Assembly (NCBI RefSeq): GCF_001194135.2
Contig: NC_069009.1
Span: 10,456,851-10,513,993, forward strand
From: Octopus bimaculoides
Taxonomy: Eukaryota
Direction: 5' to 3'
DNA length: 57,143 nucleotides
The position numbers were made by a program, and so were the translations under genes. Below the pieces are notes generated by a model. The model saw nothing but the letters and a program-made list of their open reading frames with translations. It did no database searches and had not been told where the DNA came from. Of the stretch, positions 1 to 13,169 are shown piece by piece. Positions within the stretch are counted from its first letter, which is position 1, and the number at the start of each line of letters is the position of its first letter.

Positions 1-1247
1 TCCCACATGTTCTGTTTGAATTTTGAAGAAAGAAAACAAGTGATCATATGTTATAGTTAATTAAAATTTAATCACCAATATACTTTCCCTGATTATCTAT
101 GACTTCCTTCCATCTGTTTACAAGCTTTTTTAATTCCATCAATGTAAAACGTTTTTGGTTTCAAAGCGAGGAACTCTGAAATGTCAGTTTCAACATTCTC
201 CTGGCTTCTGAAAGTTATGTCCCCCAAATGATTCTTTAAATTGGAAACAAATTTTCGTCTAATGGAGCAATAGAGCAATGTCGGGAGAATATGGTGGACG
301 AGAATTTTTCCCAACAAAAATCTTCGATTTTCTGTGATGTTATCTTTGCTATGTGGGGTCACGCGTTTTCCTGATGAAACATCACTCGTTTTCAATTCAC
401 TAAAGCGGGTCATTTTTTTTTTCAAAGTTTGGTTCAAATACTCTATTTGCTGACAGTAGAATTGTGCATTGATTGCTTCATTAGGTGGTAGAAATTAAAC
501 GTGAATTATTTCTTTGCAATCCTACTAGATAGAGAGAAGAATCTTTTTCACATGAAGTTCCCTTCTCGGTTGGGAATGAGCTTTTTCCATTTTAGCAAGC
601 CACTGTTTTCGAGGTTTAACATTTAGATAGAAGATCCATTTTTGTCATCAGTCACAAGTTTATCCAAAAAGGGTGAAATGAGATCGCGAGAGTGGAGAGA
701 AGAGCAGGTGTCAATTCGGGTTCTCCGTTTGCTTTAGGACAAGTCATGAGACACAAATTTACCAAGTTAAGGAACCTTTCCAAGTTGTTGAAGATGACGA
801 TGAACATTTGTATGGTTTGAACTAAGCTTTATTGCCAATTCGTAATCTGATAATGCAGGATATTCTTCATGTAATGCCTCAAGAAGCTTATCATCAAACT
901 CAACTTGACATCTTATTCGAGTTTCATTTTCGAGGCTGAAATCTCCACTTCTGAATTTTGCAAACCATCTCCTGCAAGTTCTGTCATTCAAGCATATTTT
1001 CCCGTAAACTGAGTGTATGTTTCGAGTCACTTCGGCTGCAGAGTTTCCGTTTTTGTACTCTTCAGGGATCAAATTCAAAATTTCAAAAATAAAAATAAGC
1101 AACAAGAATATCCAAAAGTAACGTACTATGATCGCTTCACGCAACTCTATTTAATTGAACAATGCAATCATTACATCAATTTAAATGCCGAGCAATTTTC
1201 AGCTGCAGAAAGACATAGAATTTAATTAAATTAAAACAGATGGACAC
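1..1247 (-). mobile_element. Degenerate mariner (Tc1/mariner) transposon
   Basis: The minus-strand fragments EEYKNGNSAAEVTRNIHSVYG...CRRWFAKFRSGDFSLENE (HTH), FLDKLVTD (first catalytic D region) and SNLKNHLGDITFRSQENVETDISEFLALKPKTFYIDGIKK (C-terminus) are in mariner order, with stops and frameshifts. A degenerate TIR core tctgttt(g/t)aattt occurs at 11-23 and inverted at about 1228-1240. Confidence 0.85.
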
Positions 1248-1691
1248 ATTAGTATACATTTACCTAAAATGTACAAGAAATTAAGGAGATAGACAAAGAA
1301 CATGCTGCCTTCTCTTCAGCTTAGAATCTAGTAAGGTATCAGGAAGAAAGAATTCTTACAGAATTTTGCTTGTCACTGTTTTTTATGGGGTCAGTTTTAA
1401 TTTATAGACTAGTTATATGAAATCCTTTTATATCTAAGGCCGAGAGATGTATANNNNNNNNNNNNNNNNNNNNNNNNNNNNNNNNNNNNNNNNNNNNNNN
1501 NNNNNNNNNNNNNNNNNNNNNNNNNNNNNNNNNNNNNNNNNNNNNNNNNNNNNNNNNNNNNNNNNNNNNNNNNNNNNNNNNNNNNNNNNNAGAGAGAATG
1601 AGAAAGAGAAATACAGAGAGAGAGAAAGTGAGAAAGAGAGAGATAGAAAGAGAGAATGAGAAAGAGAAATACAGAGAGAGATAAATATACA

Positions 1692-1951
1692 GGCACAAGT
1701 GTGGTTGTATCGTAAGAAACTGTCTTCCTAAACACATGATTCGAGGTTCAGTCCCTTGCTTAACAGTTTTCTTGTGTAGACACCCACTAGACTTGACAAC
1801 CCATCTTGGTGTGCTGATGTCCACATAACTGATCGATTTGGCGAAATAGATGATCAAATATATTCTACAAGGAATAACTCCTGGGATCTAATTGTTCGAC
1901 TATAGGCGGTGCTCTATCATGACTTCAGAAAATGATTGAAGCATGTAAGAG
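1692..1951 (+). mobile_element. Degenerate tRNA-derived SINE (same family as 23331-23696)
   Basis: It shares the blocks ggc(a/g)ca..gtgg.tgt, cttgacaacc..ggtgtg and cgactat/caggcggtgctc..catg with the copy at 23331, and has a ggttcagtccc B-box-like motif. Confidence 0.6.
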
Positions 1952-2650
1952 AATAAGAGATTATATATATTAGCAATGCATATTTTCACAATCTGACTGG
2001 CATAAATCACGGCACAAGTGTTTATTCCCGCACTGATGTTCTATATATCGTTTGTTCGGAGATGAGTAGTGGCAATCTCTAGCAGCAGAGTGTTTGTCAA
2101 GGTGGAGATCAATGAAGATGGAAATCACTTGACTTTGCGGACGCGGCATTGCAGTGAAGAATCTTCTAGCAGAAAATCCACTTATCAATGAGAATAGATG
2201 TTTGCAATATATCGTACGTCATAAATTGTATTTCAAATAGATCGTTACCTGTTAAAATGTGCATGTTAGTAATTTCTACATCACATACATTTATACATTA
2301 AGACGCACAAACTCGTACACAACAAAAACTCACATACCTGCATTCCTGTATATCCTTATTTGTAACACAGGAACTGCCATACACCCAACAGGGAGCAATG
2401 GCCTATACGGTTCTATTGAAATTAGTAGTTAATATGTTACTGTTAGAATGTCTCCCAAAGGAAAGAATCTACTATCTGACAGACATCAGATCCTACACAT
2501 TGATATCTTTTTCTGTTAAATGAAAGTTTGTCAAGTGAAGCAGTGCCACAAAGCGCTAGAATTTAGGTTCATAAAATTCGATTCATAAAATATTCGTGAA
2601 GGCATTGTTGAAAAGAATTATGTTAATCGCTTTTTAATATTCTATTTCAG

Positions 2651-2808
2651 ATTAGAGGGACAACAAGACGTATTTAGTATTAATTGTTTAGTACCAAATA
2701 ATGTTACTAAAGATGAAGTTTTCAAACAAATTTCTGAAACTTTTAACACATCAGAGACATTACGTAATTTGGGAATTCAGAAAGATAAGATGGAGTTGAT
2801 TGGTGAAA
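2651..2808 (+). CDS. Exon A1, C-terminal half of SEA-like domain 1 of an adhesion-GPCR-like ectodomain
   Basis: Acceptor tttcag|, donor |gtaagt, 158 nt, phase 2 to 1. It encodes LEGQQDVFSINCLVPNNVTKDEVFKQISETFNTSETLRNLGIQKDKMELIGE and is paralogous to the exon at 12610 (28/45 aa identical from FSINC). Confidence 0.85.
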
Positions 2809-3533
2809 GTAAGTACTACTTTCCTTTCCATTTTTATGGCCATCACAATGACTATCATCACCATTATCATCTACGATGACGTCAATGCCGTCGTCAGCCT
2901 CATAATAATGTAAAACTATGAAGGATACTCACAAAAACAGAAATACAAACACACACAGATACAAATGCACACTCATACACAACACACCCAACCAAAATAC
3001 ACACCAACACTCATTTTCACCCTTTTTCACAAGTCAATAATGTGTTTTGTAATGTGTTTTGGGTGCACTCCCAAATTCATTCATGACTTCATTCATTGGT
3101 AATACAGTCTGGCAATTTCAAACGTGAATATTTGAGTGTTGTTAATATTTATCATCGGGAAACACATCTTGTCTTTAGATGGTGTGTTTCGGTAAAAGAA
3201 ATGACACCCGTTCAAGGAGACATTTTGATGAACCTTATTGTCTGGCTAACAGACATCGGGATGTAGAAGCATGCAGAACAGCAAGGTTCTAAGCAACGAC
3301 ATATCTATTCATTCTTAATTAATTCTGTCAGAGTCGCTATCGATGTTACGTCATTAACCACTCATACATGGCTATGAAACTAGGAAACAGTGCCGTACAG
3401 AGTCATTTGGCAGTTGCAGGAATATTATAACATATCTGAAATAAAGTAGAAGCTGGCTCTGCACACCTGAACAATTTATATGTGCCTTTGCCTTCATAAA
3501 TTCAAAAAACGAAATGTTTGGAAGATCCCCTCA

Positions 3534-4759
3534 CAATCAAAAGTTCATTTGGCAACATGGAATAGTATATATCTGAACTAGAGGATCAACGATACTCACA
3601 AAACAGTTACAAGTTCACACTTAGTTAACACCAATTCTAGGAAAAATCTTCACACTACCCTATAATGATATACGGTCTTTCACTATACATAGTTCCGTTT
3701 TTTACCAATAAATTTAAGCACCGATATCAGTTGAGTAGTCGCTGCAAAACAATAGCTTCATTTAGACGTGTCATTCGCTTTGCATGTAATATTGCGCGAC
3801 GATGTATAAAAATATAAACACATACGCATAGATATATGTGTATATAAATGTATGTATGTATGTATGTATGTATGTATGTATGTATGCATATCTTTGTTTT
3901 GAANNNNNNNNNNNNNNNNNNNNNNNNNNNNNNNNNNNNNNNNNNNNNNNNNNNNNNNNNNNNNNNNNNNNNNNNNNNNNNNNNNNNNNNNNNNNNNNNN
4001 NNNNNNNNNNNNNNNNNNNNNNNNNNNNNNNNNNNNNNNNNNNNNNNNNNNNNNNNNNNNNNNNNNNNNNNNNNNNNNNNNNNNNNNNNNNNNNNNNNNN
4101 NNNNNNNNNNNNNNNNNNNNNNNNNNNNNNNNNNNNNNNNNNNNNNNNNNNNNNNNNNNNNNNNNNNNNNNNNNNNNNNNNNNNNNNNNNNNNNNNNNNN
4201 NNNNNNNNNNNNNNNNNNNNNNNNNNNNNNNNNNNNNNNNNNNNNNNNNNNNNNNNNNNNNNNNNNNNNNNNNNNNNNNNNNNNNNNNNNNNNNNNNNNN
4301 NNNNNNNNNNNNNNNNNNNNNNNNNNNNNNNNNNNNNNNNNNNNNNNNNNNNNNNNNNNNNNNNNNNNNNNNNNNNNNNNNNNNNNNNNCAATCAAAAGT
4401 TCATTTGGCAACATGGAATAGTATATATCTGAACTAGAGGATCAACGATACTCACAAAACAGTTACAAGTTCACACTTAGTTAACACCAATTCTAGGAAA
4501 AATCTTCACACTACCCTATAATGATATACGGTCTTTCACTATACATAGTTCCGTTTTTTACCAATAAATTTAAGCACCGATATCAGTTGAGTAGTCGCTG
4601 CAAAACAATAGCTTCATTTAGACGTGTCATTCGCTTTGCATGTAATATTGCGCGACGATGTATAAAAATATAAACACATACGCATAGATATATGTGTATA
4701 TAAATGTATGTATGTATGTATGTATGTATGTATGTATGTATGCATATCTTTGTTTTGAA
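3534..4759. other. Assembly artefact: exact 370-bp duplication either side of an N gap
   Basis: 3534-3903 is identical by eye to 4390-4759, including the (TATG)n length, and the two flank the gap at 3904-4389. Confidence 0.85.
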
Positions 4760-5023
4760 CAGAGAATCGGAGGTTGTTATACACCACTGATCACAATGCG
4801 TTTTGTCGGCAACTTTGGAATTAGGGAAGCACCTAAGAGGGAATTGTTTAATAGTTTATTTAGTTTAAGCCCGATTTATCCTAAAATGATTACATAATAA
4901 TTATAAAGTGCGTTTAGTTACATAATCAGCGATTTTTACCTCTGTATGCGTCTATGTCACAAAATATTCTACGAAATCATTATATAGCATAGTCCTGAAA
5001 GAAACTAGCATTTCCAGACTATT

Positions 5024-5066
<43 letters not shown>

Positions 5067-5183
5067 AAACAACACTATTACCACTACTCACCATTATTAT
5101 TGTACATGTATTTTCCAGTATATAAACCACACCAACGAATTCCCTAGTAAATATTTCATATAAGCGTTTTCTTTCTTTTTCAG

Positions 5184-5298
5184 TGGTTTGTAATGAAAAC
5201 ACGACATCAACGAACAGTCATACTTTCTACTGGCCAATGACAAAAGTAGGAACTAATGTGGCCATCCCCTGTGGTGCAAATACATCAACAAGGCATTG
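5184..5298 (+). CDS. Exon B1, N-terminal part of hormone-receptor (HormR/HRM) domain 1
   Basis: Acceptor ttttcag|, donor |gttcgt, 115 nt, phase 1 to 2. It encodes (M)VCNENTTSTNSHTFYWPMTKVGTNVAIPCGANTSTRH(C), with the C...WPxT..G....PC....TRxC HormR pattern. Confidence 0.88.
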
Positions 5299-5931
5299 GT
5301 TCGTTTGTATTGTTTTACTTCTTCCCAAATTTCGATCTTTCATTGAGCGAGTGTTCTATGCCAAAGTAAATAATACATCTAAATAGATTAAGACGAGAGA
5401 ACTAATGTGTGTCTGATCAAAACATTTAACACTGCGGTTTTATATCTTACGCAGGATGTGACATAATTTTTGTCATGGTGAATCGAGAAAGACTTGCTTT
5501 CTCCCGAATATTAGAAAAAAGTTTTATAACATTTGTTGTGAAGATTCAATTGCCTGGACTTTCATTTAACAAAAGAAATGTAAGGGAGGATACACATAAC
5601 TAAATGCAGCTAATTCTATTGAATTCAGGGTAACGTTATTTATTCAATGTAATTATTTACTGTAGAACAACACGTTTTGTCACTATATGGTTACTATTGG
5701 GTGGAGAGCGAAGAAAGCAGATCATCGTGGAGCCTGACTCAGCATATTGACATTTGTGTCGCTTCTACTACGCTATCCCAAGTGCTAAGCATATAAAATG
5801 TTCCACTTGGAGTCTGAATTTCATAAGTTTTAACACAAATTATACAGGTTCAATTTATCAAATCTATGCAGGTATAAGTAAACAAGCAACCTTCTCTGCT
5901 GCCGATGATGATGATGTGGATGATTGTGATG

Positions 5932-5963
<32 letters not shown>

Positions 5964-6339
5964 GATGATGACTAAATATGATTAGGTGATTTCTTCACTC
6001 ACCTAGGAGTAATACCATGGTGCTTTAATACAGTCTCAACCATATCGTTCCGACATCTTATGTTAAAAATGTCTTAATGGCAAAATACAATAAATAAAGG
6101 CAGATGTTTCAATTGTTTACTCTAAAGTTTAGTTAGATCTTTTCAAACAGCTTTGAGGATACTAAGTGGAGTAAATAACAGATTACTGACAAAATGATTT
6201 GTAGTTATCTTCGTTCTACTAAATTGTGATTTTATACACCAACCAGTTAATAATTGTTCTTAAATTTCTCTGAGATTGATGAAATACAAATGCATAATGA
6301 AGTCTAATAATATTTTATATTTATTTCGTCTTTCTCTAG

Positions 6340-6458
6340 CACGGCGGTAGACCTAGAAATGCAAAAGTGTTCCCCATTTACTGGCATTTGGCAAGAACCA
6401 CAGATGTCTCAGTGTTACATTTCAGGGGGCACCACTGAAAAACCAAATAACCCTACAC
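6340..6458 (+). CDS. Exon C1, C-terminal part of HormR domain 1 plus linker
   Basis: Acceptor ctctag|, donor |gtgagt, 119 nt, phase 2 to 1. It encodes TAVDLEMQKCSPFTGIWQEPQMSQCYISGGTTEKPNNPT, containing the C..F.G.WQEP....C HormR motif. Confidence 0.88.
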
Positions 6459-7169
6459 GTGAGTATTTCGAAATACAGATACAGTAGGAGTAGTAGCAGG
6501 GAGAACAGGAGGTGGATATGTATATGTGAAATATTTGAATTTCGTTACGACCACTTTATGCGCATGTGTTTGAATACGTGTGTATTCATGTCAAGTCACT
6601 TATCGGAGCATGCGCTTTGCATATCTTCGCTGCATCCACTTTTTACATGTATATATGATCGGGTCGTCCCGGGAAAACCTACAATCATTCTAAGCTGATG
6701 ATAACAATTCATACATATAACAGGGTGCATCCAGGTTTCTGAGTACAATCTTTGGCTCTATACGAAATCCGATGAATAATAACAAAAACCTGCGAAGAAT
6801 TCTGATTACAACGGAGGTCCGGCTGCTCCTAGGTGTAACAGACAATGACTAAGTCTAGTAACTGTAGAGGAAGGTACGGCAGACCAGAGACCTTTGTTTG
6901 CATACTATTTGCCATCTTATTCGCGCATTTTCCAGGCTTTTATCAACCCTATCATTTCTCTGCTGCCATTAACAAAGGATATGAAATTGCGTCGTGTTCA
7001 TGCGTTTGCCAATTATAAATGAACTAAATTAATCTGATGAAAGTTTCTCATGCCTCTATACAACTCACAACGCTGTCATTATAAAGATATTTATCTTTAT
7101 AGTTTTATTTTAACACTTGTTTATAATTGTAATGATATGTTATGTTATTATTTTTGTATCTCTTTATAG

Positions 7170-7264
7170 GCTGGACGAGTTCCTTTCTATTTCATCTGAT
7201 TTACGATTCGACATTTAAGAACATCAAGGATGATATAAAAACTGCTGAAAACGTATCTAGAGCT
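7170..7264 (+). CDS. Exon D, N-terminal part of SEA-like domain 2
   Basis: Acceptor tctttatag|, donor |gtgagt, 95 nt, phase 1 to 0. It encodes (R)WTSSFLFHLIYDSTFKNIKDDIKTAENVSRA, and its phases fit exons C1 and E. Confidence 0.72.
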
Positions 7265-7303
7265 GTGAGTAGCCATGTCTTCTTTGACTCACATAATCTG
7301 TTT

Positions 7304-7357
<54 letters not shown>

Positions 7358-7370
7358 GTCTCTGTCTCTC

Positions 7371-7438
<68 letters not shown>

Positions 7439-7917
7439 TCAGATAGATACAAGCACGTATTCATTTGCTTCTTCCAGTTATTTGACTGCTGTCATAACTG
7501 GAATTACTGTCTGTCCGGTATCCATATATCTCCGTCTGCATTCTTTCTACATATATCTATCATAACATTTTGGAATGAGGATGATCCCGGAATGGAAAAT
7601 CGGCCCTACATTTGGTTCTTGAAATCCAGTACTGTGCTCTGATTTAAAACCATTTGGGTTTCTATTTCTAGCAGGTAAAGTCCGGCTGATTAACGCCTCC
7701 TGGTTGATGGTTGTTACATGACGTTCGAGATCAAGGTGGAGATAAGCGACATTCGCGCCCTTAATTTTACTCGAGATAGTTTCTAAACAGTTGGAATTCA
7801 ACGTGCGAATGCAACAATAGAATTATTGCATTACAGAAATAATTCTCATCCGCCACGCGGCTATATACACATTATAAATGTATTTTAGTGATATCATTCA
7901 GGCCTGTTTAGTTTTGA

Positions 7918-7962
<45 letters not shown>

Positions 7963-7964
7963 CA

Positions 7965-8006
<42 letters not shown>

Positions 8007-9314
8007 GACAATTAGATGAACTGAGGTAGGAATAAAGGTAAAAAATGTCATTATTTTGAGTTATTAAAGATATTTACAAGCATACCGGTTTCGTATACAG
8101 ACAGATACAGGTCAGTGGACACATAGAAACGTGTGCGAGGCATCTTAATCCTAATTTCCTAACTTTTCCCTTCCATCAATTTTCACAGAACACATCTACA
8201 CAACAAAGAATGAATAAAGAGGCAGTTTTCATTAATAAATATCTTCCTCAATTAAATATAAACACATGACCTCATATAGAACCCCACTAATCTTCCATTT
8301 AATATCACTAACCCCCATACATATTTTAGGGAGTATGTATATGTACCACAATATAACCGAACTTTGGGTGTAATTCACTATGATCTAATATATACAGTAC
8401 ATACCAGTTTAAGTCTCGTCCCGGTTGCTAAAATTGATAACCACTGTCCAGTATTGCCTACCATTAACTTGTCATGGCAACGTCATAATGTGATAACAGT
8501 GTCACATGAACAGACATTCTGAGAGATATTGCACAGACTAGCAAAAGATTAGTAAGTTTGTCATGTGTGAACATTTAGTACCTAGAAGTGTTTTGAGGGA
8601 AAGCGCCCTTACCACCACCAAGAATGGAGTACATTATAGACTTTTATTGAAATCCAATTAGCTTATCATCCAATATATGCAACGTTTCGTCAAATTGGTT
8701 CACTGGGGTAACAAGCAAGATGGTAATAGATCGGCAGGCAGAAATTGCCTCTCTATGTATAGGATATATGTGCACGTGTCTGTGTGTGAATTTCTCTATG
8801 CAATGGATAGGACACCTGTGAACAATTATTGTCAAATTACTCTCTCCCTGCTTAAAGCTACGTATTCCTCACGCCCATTTTTCTTTCCCTTCCACAGCGT
8901 CTTAAAAATGATTTATGTCTATGAGAAATAATTAAAAGGAAAATACTGTTACGTATGCATATACAGATATGAATATATACAAATATGTGTGTGCGCTGGT
9001 GTGTGTTTGCATATATATATGTATACAATACGGTCTTTCATGTATTACATTTCTATGTATGTGAATGTATGTATACACACATTTATACATGTGTGAATAT
9101 ACTCAGAGCGAATAGAAAAGGGAATGAGATTTAATTAACCAAATCCATCTACTAATATTAAACTAACTCAAAATGGATTTTTATGTTCCGTGACATTTTA
9201 CTAGCAAATGTGATATTTGATTCTAACTCATAACAAATAAATCTGTATTCTCAATCCATTATTGAGTCATGTCCCTTAATTTGCCCATAGATAACGTATA
9301 AATGACTATTTCAG

Positions 9315-9367
9315 ATGGAACATGAATTATTAAACTTGACAGGAGCATTCGAAGTTGAATATTGTGG
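9315..9367 (+). CDS. Exon E, middle of SEA-like domain 2
   Basis: Acceptor tttcag|, donor |gtaagt, 53 nt, phase 0 to 2. The only open frame is MEHELLNLTGAFEVEYC(G), and it bridges exons D and A2 in frame. Confidence 0.75.
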
Positions 9368-9675
9368 GTAAGTAAAATGTCATTTAACACGTTTATTAAA
9401 ATTTTGTTTTTTATTTGCGATGAAAATATTCAAGTGGTCTATGTTTTGTTGATGCATTAAATGTTACAATAACAATGCTGTACATGTGACAAATAAAAAT
9501 CAAATTTACGATTTCAATCAACCATCCGTCTGTAATAATATTATAAGAAGCGCAGATATATATATTTATATATAAATTTATATAAATAAGGATAGGATCG
9601 ATATTTAAATGCCGATTTTATCTGATGGCAGCATGGAAATAAAAACCTTCAAAGGTAATAATTATTTAAAATTAC

Positions 9676-10017
9676 AATTTAGAGTATCTAAGAGATGCCA
9701 CCACGCTGGAAATAACAGTGAACCTTGACTCTTAAGCCACATTAAATGTTCATACAGCATCAGTAGAGAAGACAAAAAGACAAAATAAACTAGCTAAAGA
9801 TTAATGGATAATTCCATTTCTGGCTCTGCATGAGAAATGCTCTTTCATCGTCTGTGGAATATACTCAGAAAACACATAAATCATCCAGTAATCTTTTGCT
9901 AGTTTATTTTCTCTCTTTGTTTTCTCTCCTGGTGCTATATGAACATTTAATGTGGTTTTAGAGTCAAGGTTTGACTGCTATTTCCAGCGTGGTGGTATCA
10001 CTTAGATACCCTAAATT
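9676..10017. mobile_element. Fold-back element/MITE with about 120-bp inverted arms
   Basis: The left arm aatttagagtatctaagagatgccaccacgctggaaataacagtgaaccttgactc...aaataaactagc (9676-9794) is reverse-complementary, with mismatches, to 9898-10017. Confidence 0.8.
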
Positions 10018-12609
10018 NNNNNNNNNNNNNNNNNNNNNNNNNNNNNNNNNNNNNNNNNNNNNNNNNNNNNNNNNNNNNNNNNNNNNNNNNNNNNNNNNNN
10101 NNNNNNNNNNNNNNNNNNNNNNNNNNNNNNNNNNNNNNNNNNNNNNNNNNNNNNNNNNNNNNNNNNNNNNNNNNNNNNNNNNNNNNNNNNNNNNNNNNNN
10201 NNNNNNNNNNNNNNNNNNNNNNNNNNNNNNNNNNNNNNNNNNNNNNNNNNNNNNNNNNNNNNNNNNNNNNNNNNNNNNNNNNNNNNNNNNNNNNNNNNNN
10301 NNNNNNNNNNNNNNNNNNNNNNNNNNNNNNNNNNNNNNNNNNNNNNNNNNNNNNNNNNNNNNNNNNNNNNNNNNNNNNNNNNNNNNNNNNNNNNNNNNNN
10401 NNNNNNNNNNNNNNNNNNNNNNNNNNNNNNNNNNNNNNNNNNNNNNNNNNNNNNNNNNNNNNNNNNNNNNNNNNNNNNNNNNNNNNNNNNNNNNNNNNNN
10501 NNNNNNNNNNNNNNNNNNNNNNNNNNNNNNNNNNNNNNNNNNNNNNNNNNNNNNNNNNNNNNNNNNNNNNNNNNNNNNNNNNNNNNNNNNNNNNNNNNNN
10601 NNNNNNNNNNNNNNNNNNNNNNNNNNNNNNNNNNNNNNNNNNNNNNNNNNNNNNNNNNNNNNNNNNNNNNNNNNNNNNNNNNNNNNNNNNNNNNNNNNNN
10701 NNNNNNNNNNNNNNNNNNNNNNNNNNNNNNNNNNNNNNNNNNNNNNNNNNNNNNNNNNNNNNNNNNNNNNNNNNNNNNNNNNNNNNNNNNNNNNNNNNNN
10801 NNNNNNNNNNNNNNNNNNNNNNNNNNNNNNNNNNNNNNNNNNNNNNNNNNNNNNNNNNNNNNNNNNNNNNNNGCTGGAGATAGAGACGAAAAAGATATTA
10901 ATTTAATTAGTAGTTATAAGTAAGGGACACAGAAAGTTCTAAAGGTGATAAGAAGTGTTATGTTGAAGGATTGCAGGACTATCCTTTGTTAGGCGGGCGA
11001 GTTATTCGGTTGAAAGTGATGGGTAAAGAAAATAATAAAAAAGTGAGAAAATAGATGAATGGGGGGGATCGTAAAAGAAAAAAAGTATCGGGGTCATTGA
11101 ATGAAAAGCAGAAAGTGGATAAACTGTCAGATAAAAGAAGCCAGAGATTTAGTATTGAATAGCAGAAGTAGAGCTAGCGAGTTTTGCAAGTGGCTAGAGG
11201 AATGATATGATCAATACAGTGATGATCGTAAGGTAAGTAGGAGATCGATCGAGAAATGGAAGTTTATTAAATCAGAATGAAGAGGATGTGTCTATATATC
11301 GCCCCTTGTCTGTAGGCCCGGTTAAAGATGCTGAGTGTAGAGTGTAAGGGTATGTGATAGATAGCGAGCTTCATGGGGGTGGGGAGAGAAAGGAGCTAGG
11401 ATGAGATAAAATAAAATTAATTAATCTTATTTGAGAGGAGTGAATGTTCTGCATTGTATAATCCGCAATGTTGTCTCCTGGAACTGAGAAATACGGAGTT
11501 CAAGTCTCACTAATTGTTCCTCTCTTGTATTTGATGAGTGTATTATCTAATGGCACATATGTATGTATATGAGTATAAGATGTCCCTTAAGATATAATGC
11601 ACCTTTGCCTCCCTAAAATGACATTTACCACCATACAGTAAACTGGGAACCAGTCAGTCTGATGAAACACATCTTCATTTGCAATAAATTGTAGTCATAA
11701 ATTGCATTTCAAATGGATCAACAGTTATTCAACTCTATATGTTAGTAATACGTACAACATATGTCCATACACACACACACACACACGCACACACTCACAC
11801 ACACACACACAAACATAAAACACACACACAAACACAAATACATAAATACATGTATATATGTATGTCATCAGTTTCATTTCTGTATTTCTTGTCGATAGAG
11901 AAAGAGCCGGACTCTAACATAGATTCAAGGCTCCTTCATTGGAACTTTGATCAATATCATCTAGGTATTTGTGCATATGTGTGTGTGTGTGCAGCATGTA
12001 TGTATGTATGTATGTATGTATGTATGTATGTATGTATGTATGTATGTATGTATGTGCTTAAAACATTCAAACGATTGCTATTGTACACGGAAACAAATAC
12101 CCCAATAAACCGATTGGTGAATCGCCTCGAATTTATGGTACATATGGATCCGCCTGGGGATTCATCTATTACTTTTCGCATGGAGTGTTGAATTGGCTAT
12201 TCACCTACTTATCTTCAATCCCTCATTCTATCTTTATACATGTGTGCGTATATGTGCATATGTACCAACATGCATCTATATCTTGGTTTGTAACATAGGC
12301 ACAATCACCTACCCCACAGGCAGGAATGGCTTATGTGGTTATGTTGAAGTAATTAGTAATTTACTGTTAGAAATGCTCTCAAAATAAATAAATTCTGACT
12401 GACATGCATCAGAATTTATACATTGATATCCATTTTCAGTAAACAAAAGTTTGTTTAGAGAATAACAGTGGATATTTATATTCTAGTTATTAGGACAAGA
12501 TCCTCCTTGTTAAATTTCCATGTAATTAAAGGAGCTGATGAATGTTGTGAGAACTAATTATGTCTTTTTTAATTTCTTTTTGAATTTCATTTCTCTTTTT
12601 AATTTTCAG

Positions 12610-12755
12610 ATTAGAAATATTTAGTATTAATTGCTCAGTACCAGATGAGATTACTAAAGAACAAGTTTTGAAACAAATGTTTAGAACTTTTAATACTTCA
12701 CAAACATTACGTAACTTGGGAATTCAACTACGTTATACGAAATTAATTGATGAAA
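12610..12755 (+). CDS. Exon A2, C-terminal half of SEA-like domain 2
   Basis: Acceptor ttttcag|, donor |gtaagt, 146 nt, phase 2 to 1. It encodes LEIFSINCSVPDEITKEQVLKQMFRTFNTSQTLRNLGIQLRYTKLIDE. Confidence 0.85.
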
Positions 12756-13169
12756 GTAAGTAGTGCATTTCTTACTATTTTTATGGCATCACAATCGCCA
12801 TGGCCATCGCAATCGTTATAAGTGTCATCATTTCCACCATTTCCACTATCGTTTCCGTCGACTTCGTCATCAGCACCAAATTAGGATGATGCTATTGAGG
12901 CCACACGCGTGGTCACACACACGCATCCCCTCCCCGCACACGCATCTAGTTGTCTACCTATTTTTCAACCGATCATTCTTTCAGTAAATGAATAATACGT
13001 TTTCTAATATTCTTTATAATTTTCTCTTTCGCTACTTTCCATTCCAAGCTGTTCATGGTTCATTTAATTTTAGCTATGAAAATTACCTCAGACAATAAAC
13101 CTTTTCTACTTCTCCTGTATATGTCTAAGTCTTATGAAGCCAAAGTAATAGTGTAGGAGCCATTATATA

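Noticed and set aside
2371-2424. Possible small exon (ag|gaactgcc...; paralog at about 12300) upstream of exons A1/A2
   Set aside because: The frame E>A2 closes without it. The donor present in the 12300 copy is absent here, and the phases do not fit. It is best explained as paralogous intron.
5666-5760. Conserved block shared with about 15718-15800 that reads TTRFVTIWLLLGGERRKQI / AIRFVTIWLPYGGERGKQI
   Set aside because: Differences are mostly non-synonymous, splicing from exon B would create TGA at the junction, and no shared donor is evident. It is treated as duplicated intron, although a poison exon is not excluded.
7142-7642. 166-aa ORF with apparent signal peptide (MLLFLYLFIG...)
   Set aside because: The hydrophobic start is the polypyrimidine tract of the acceptor at 7169, and the tail is (CT)n. 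Only 7170-7264 is exon D.
10872-11420. Purine-rich stretch with minus-strand GRYID and LPFLD words, suggesting an old Penelope RT
   Set aside because: The motifs are too short and wrongly spaced to support a call without an alignment.
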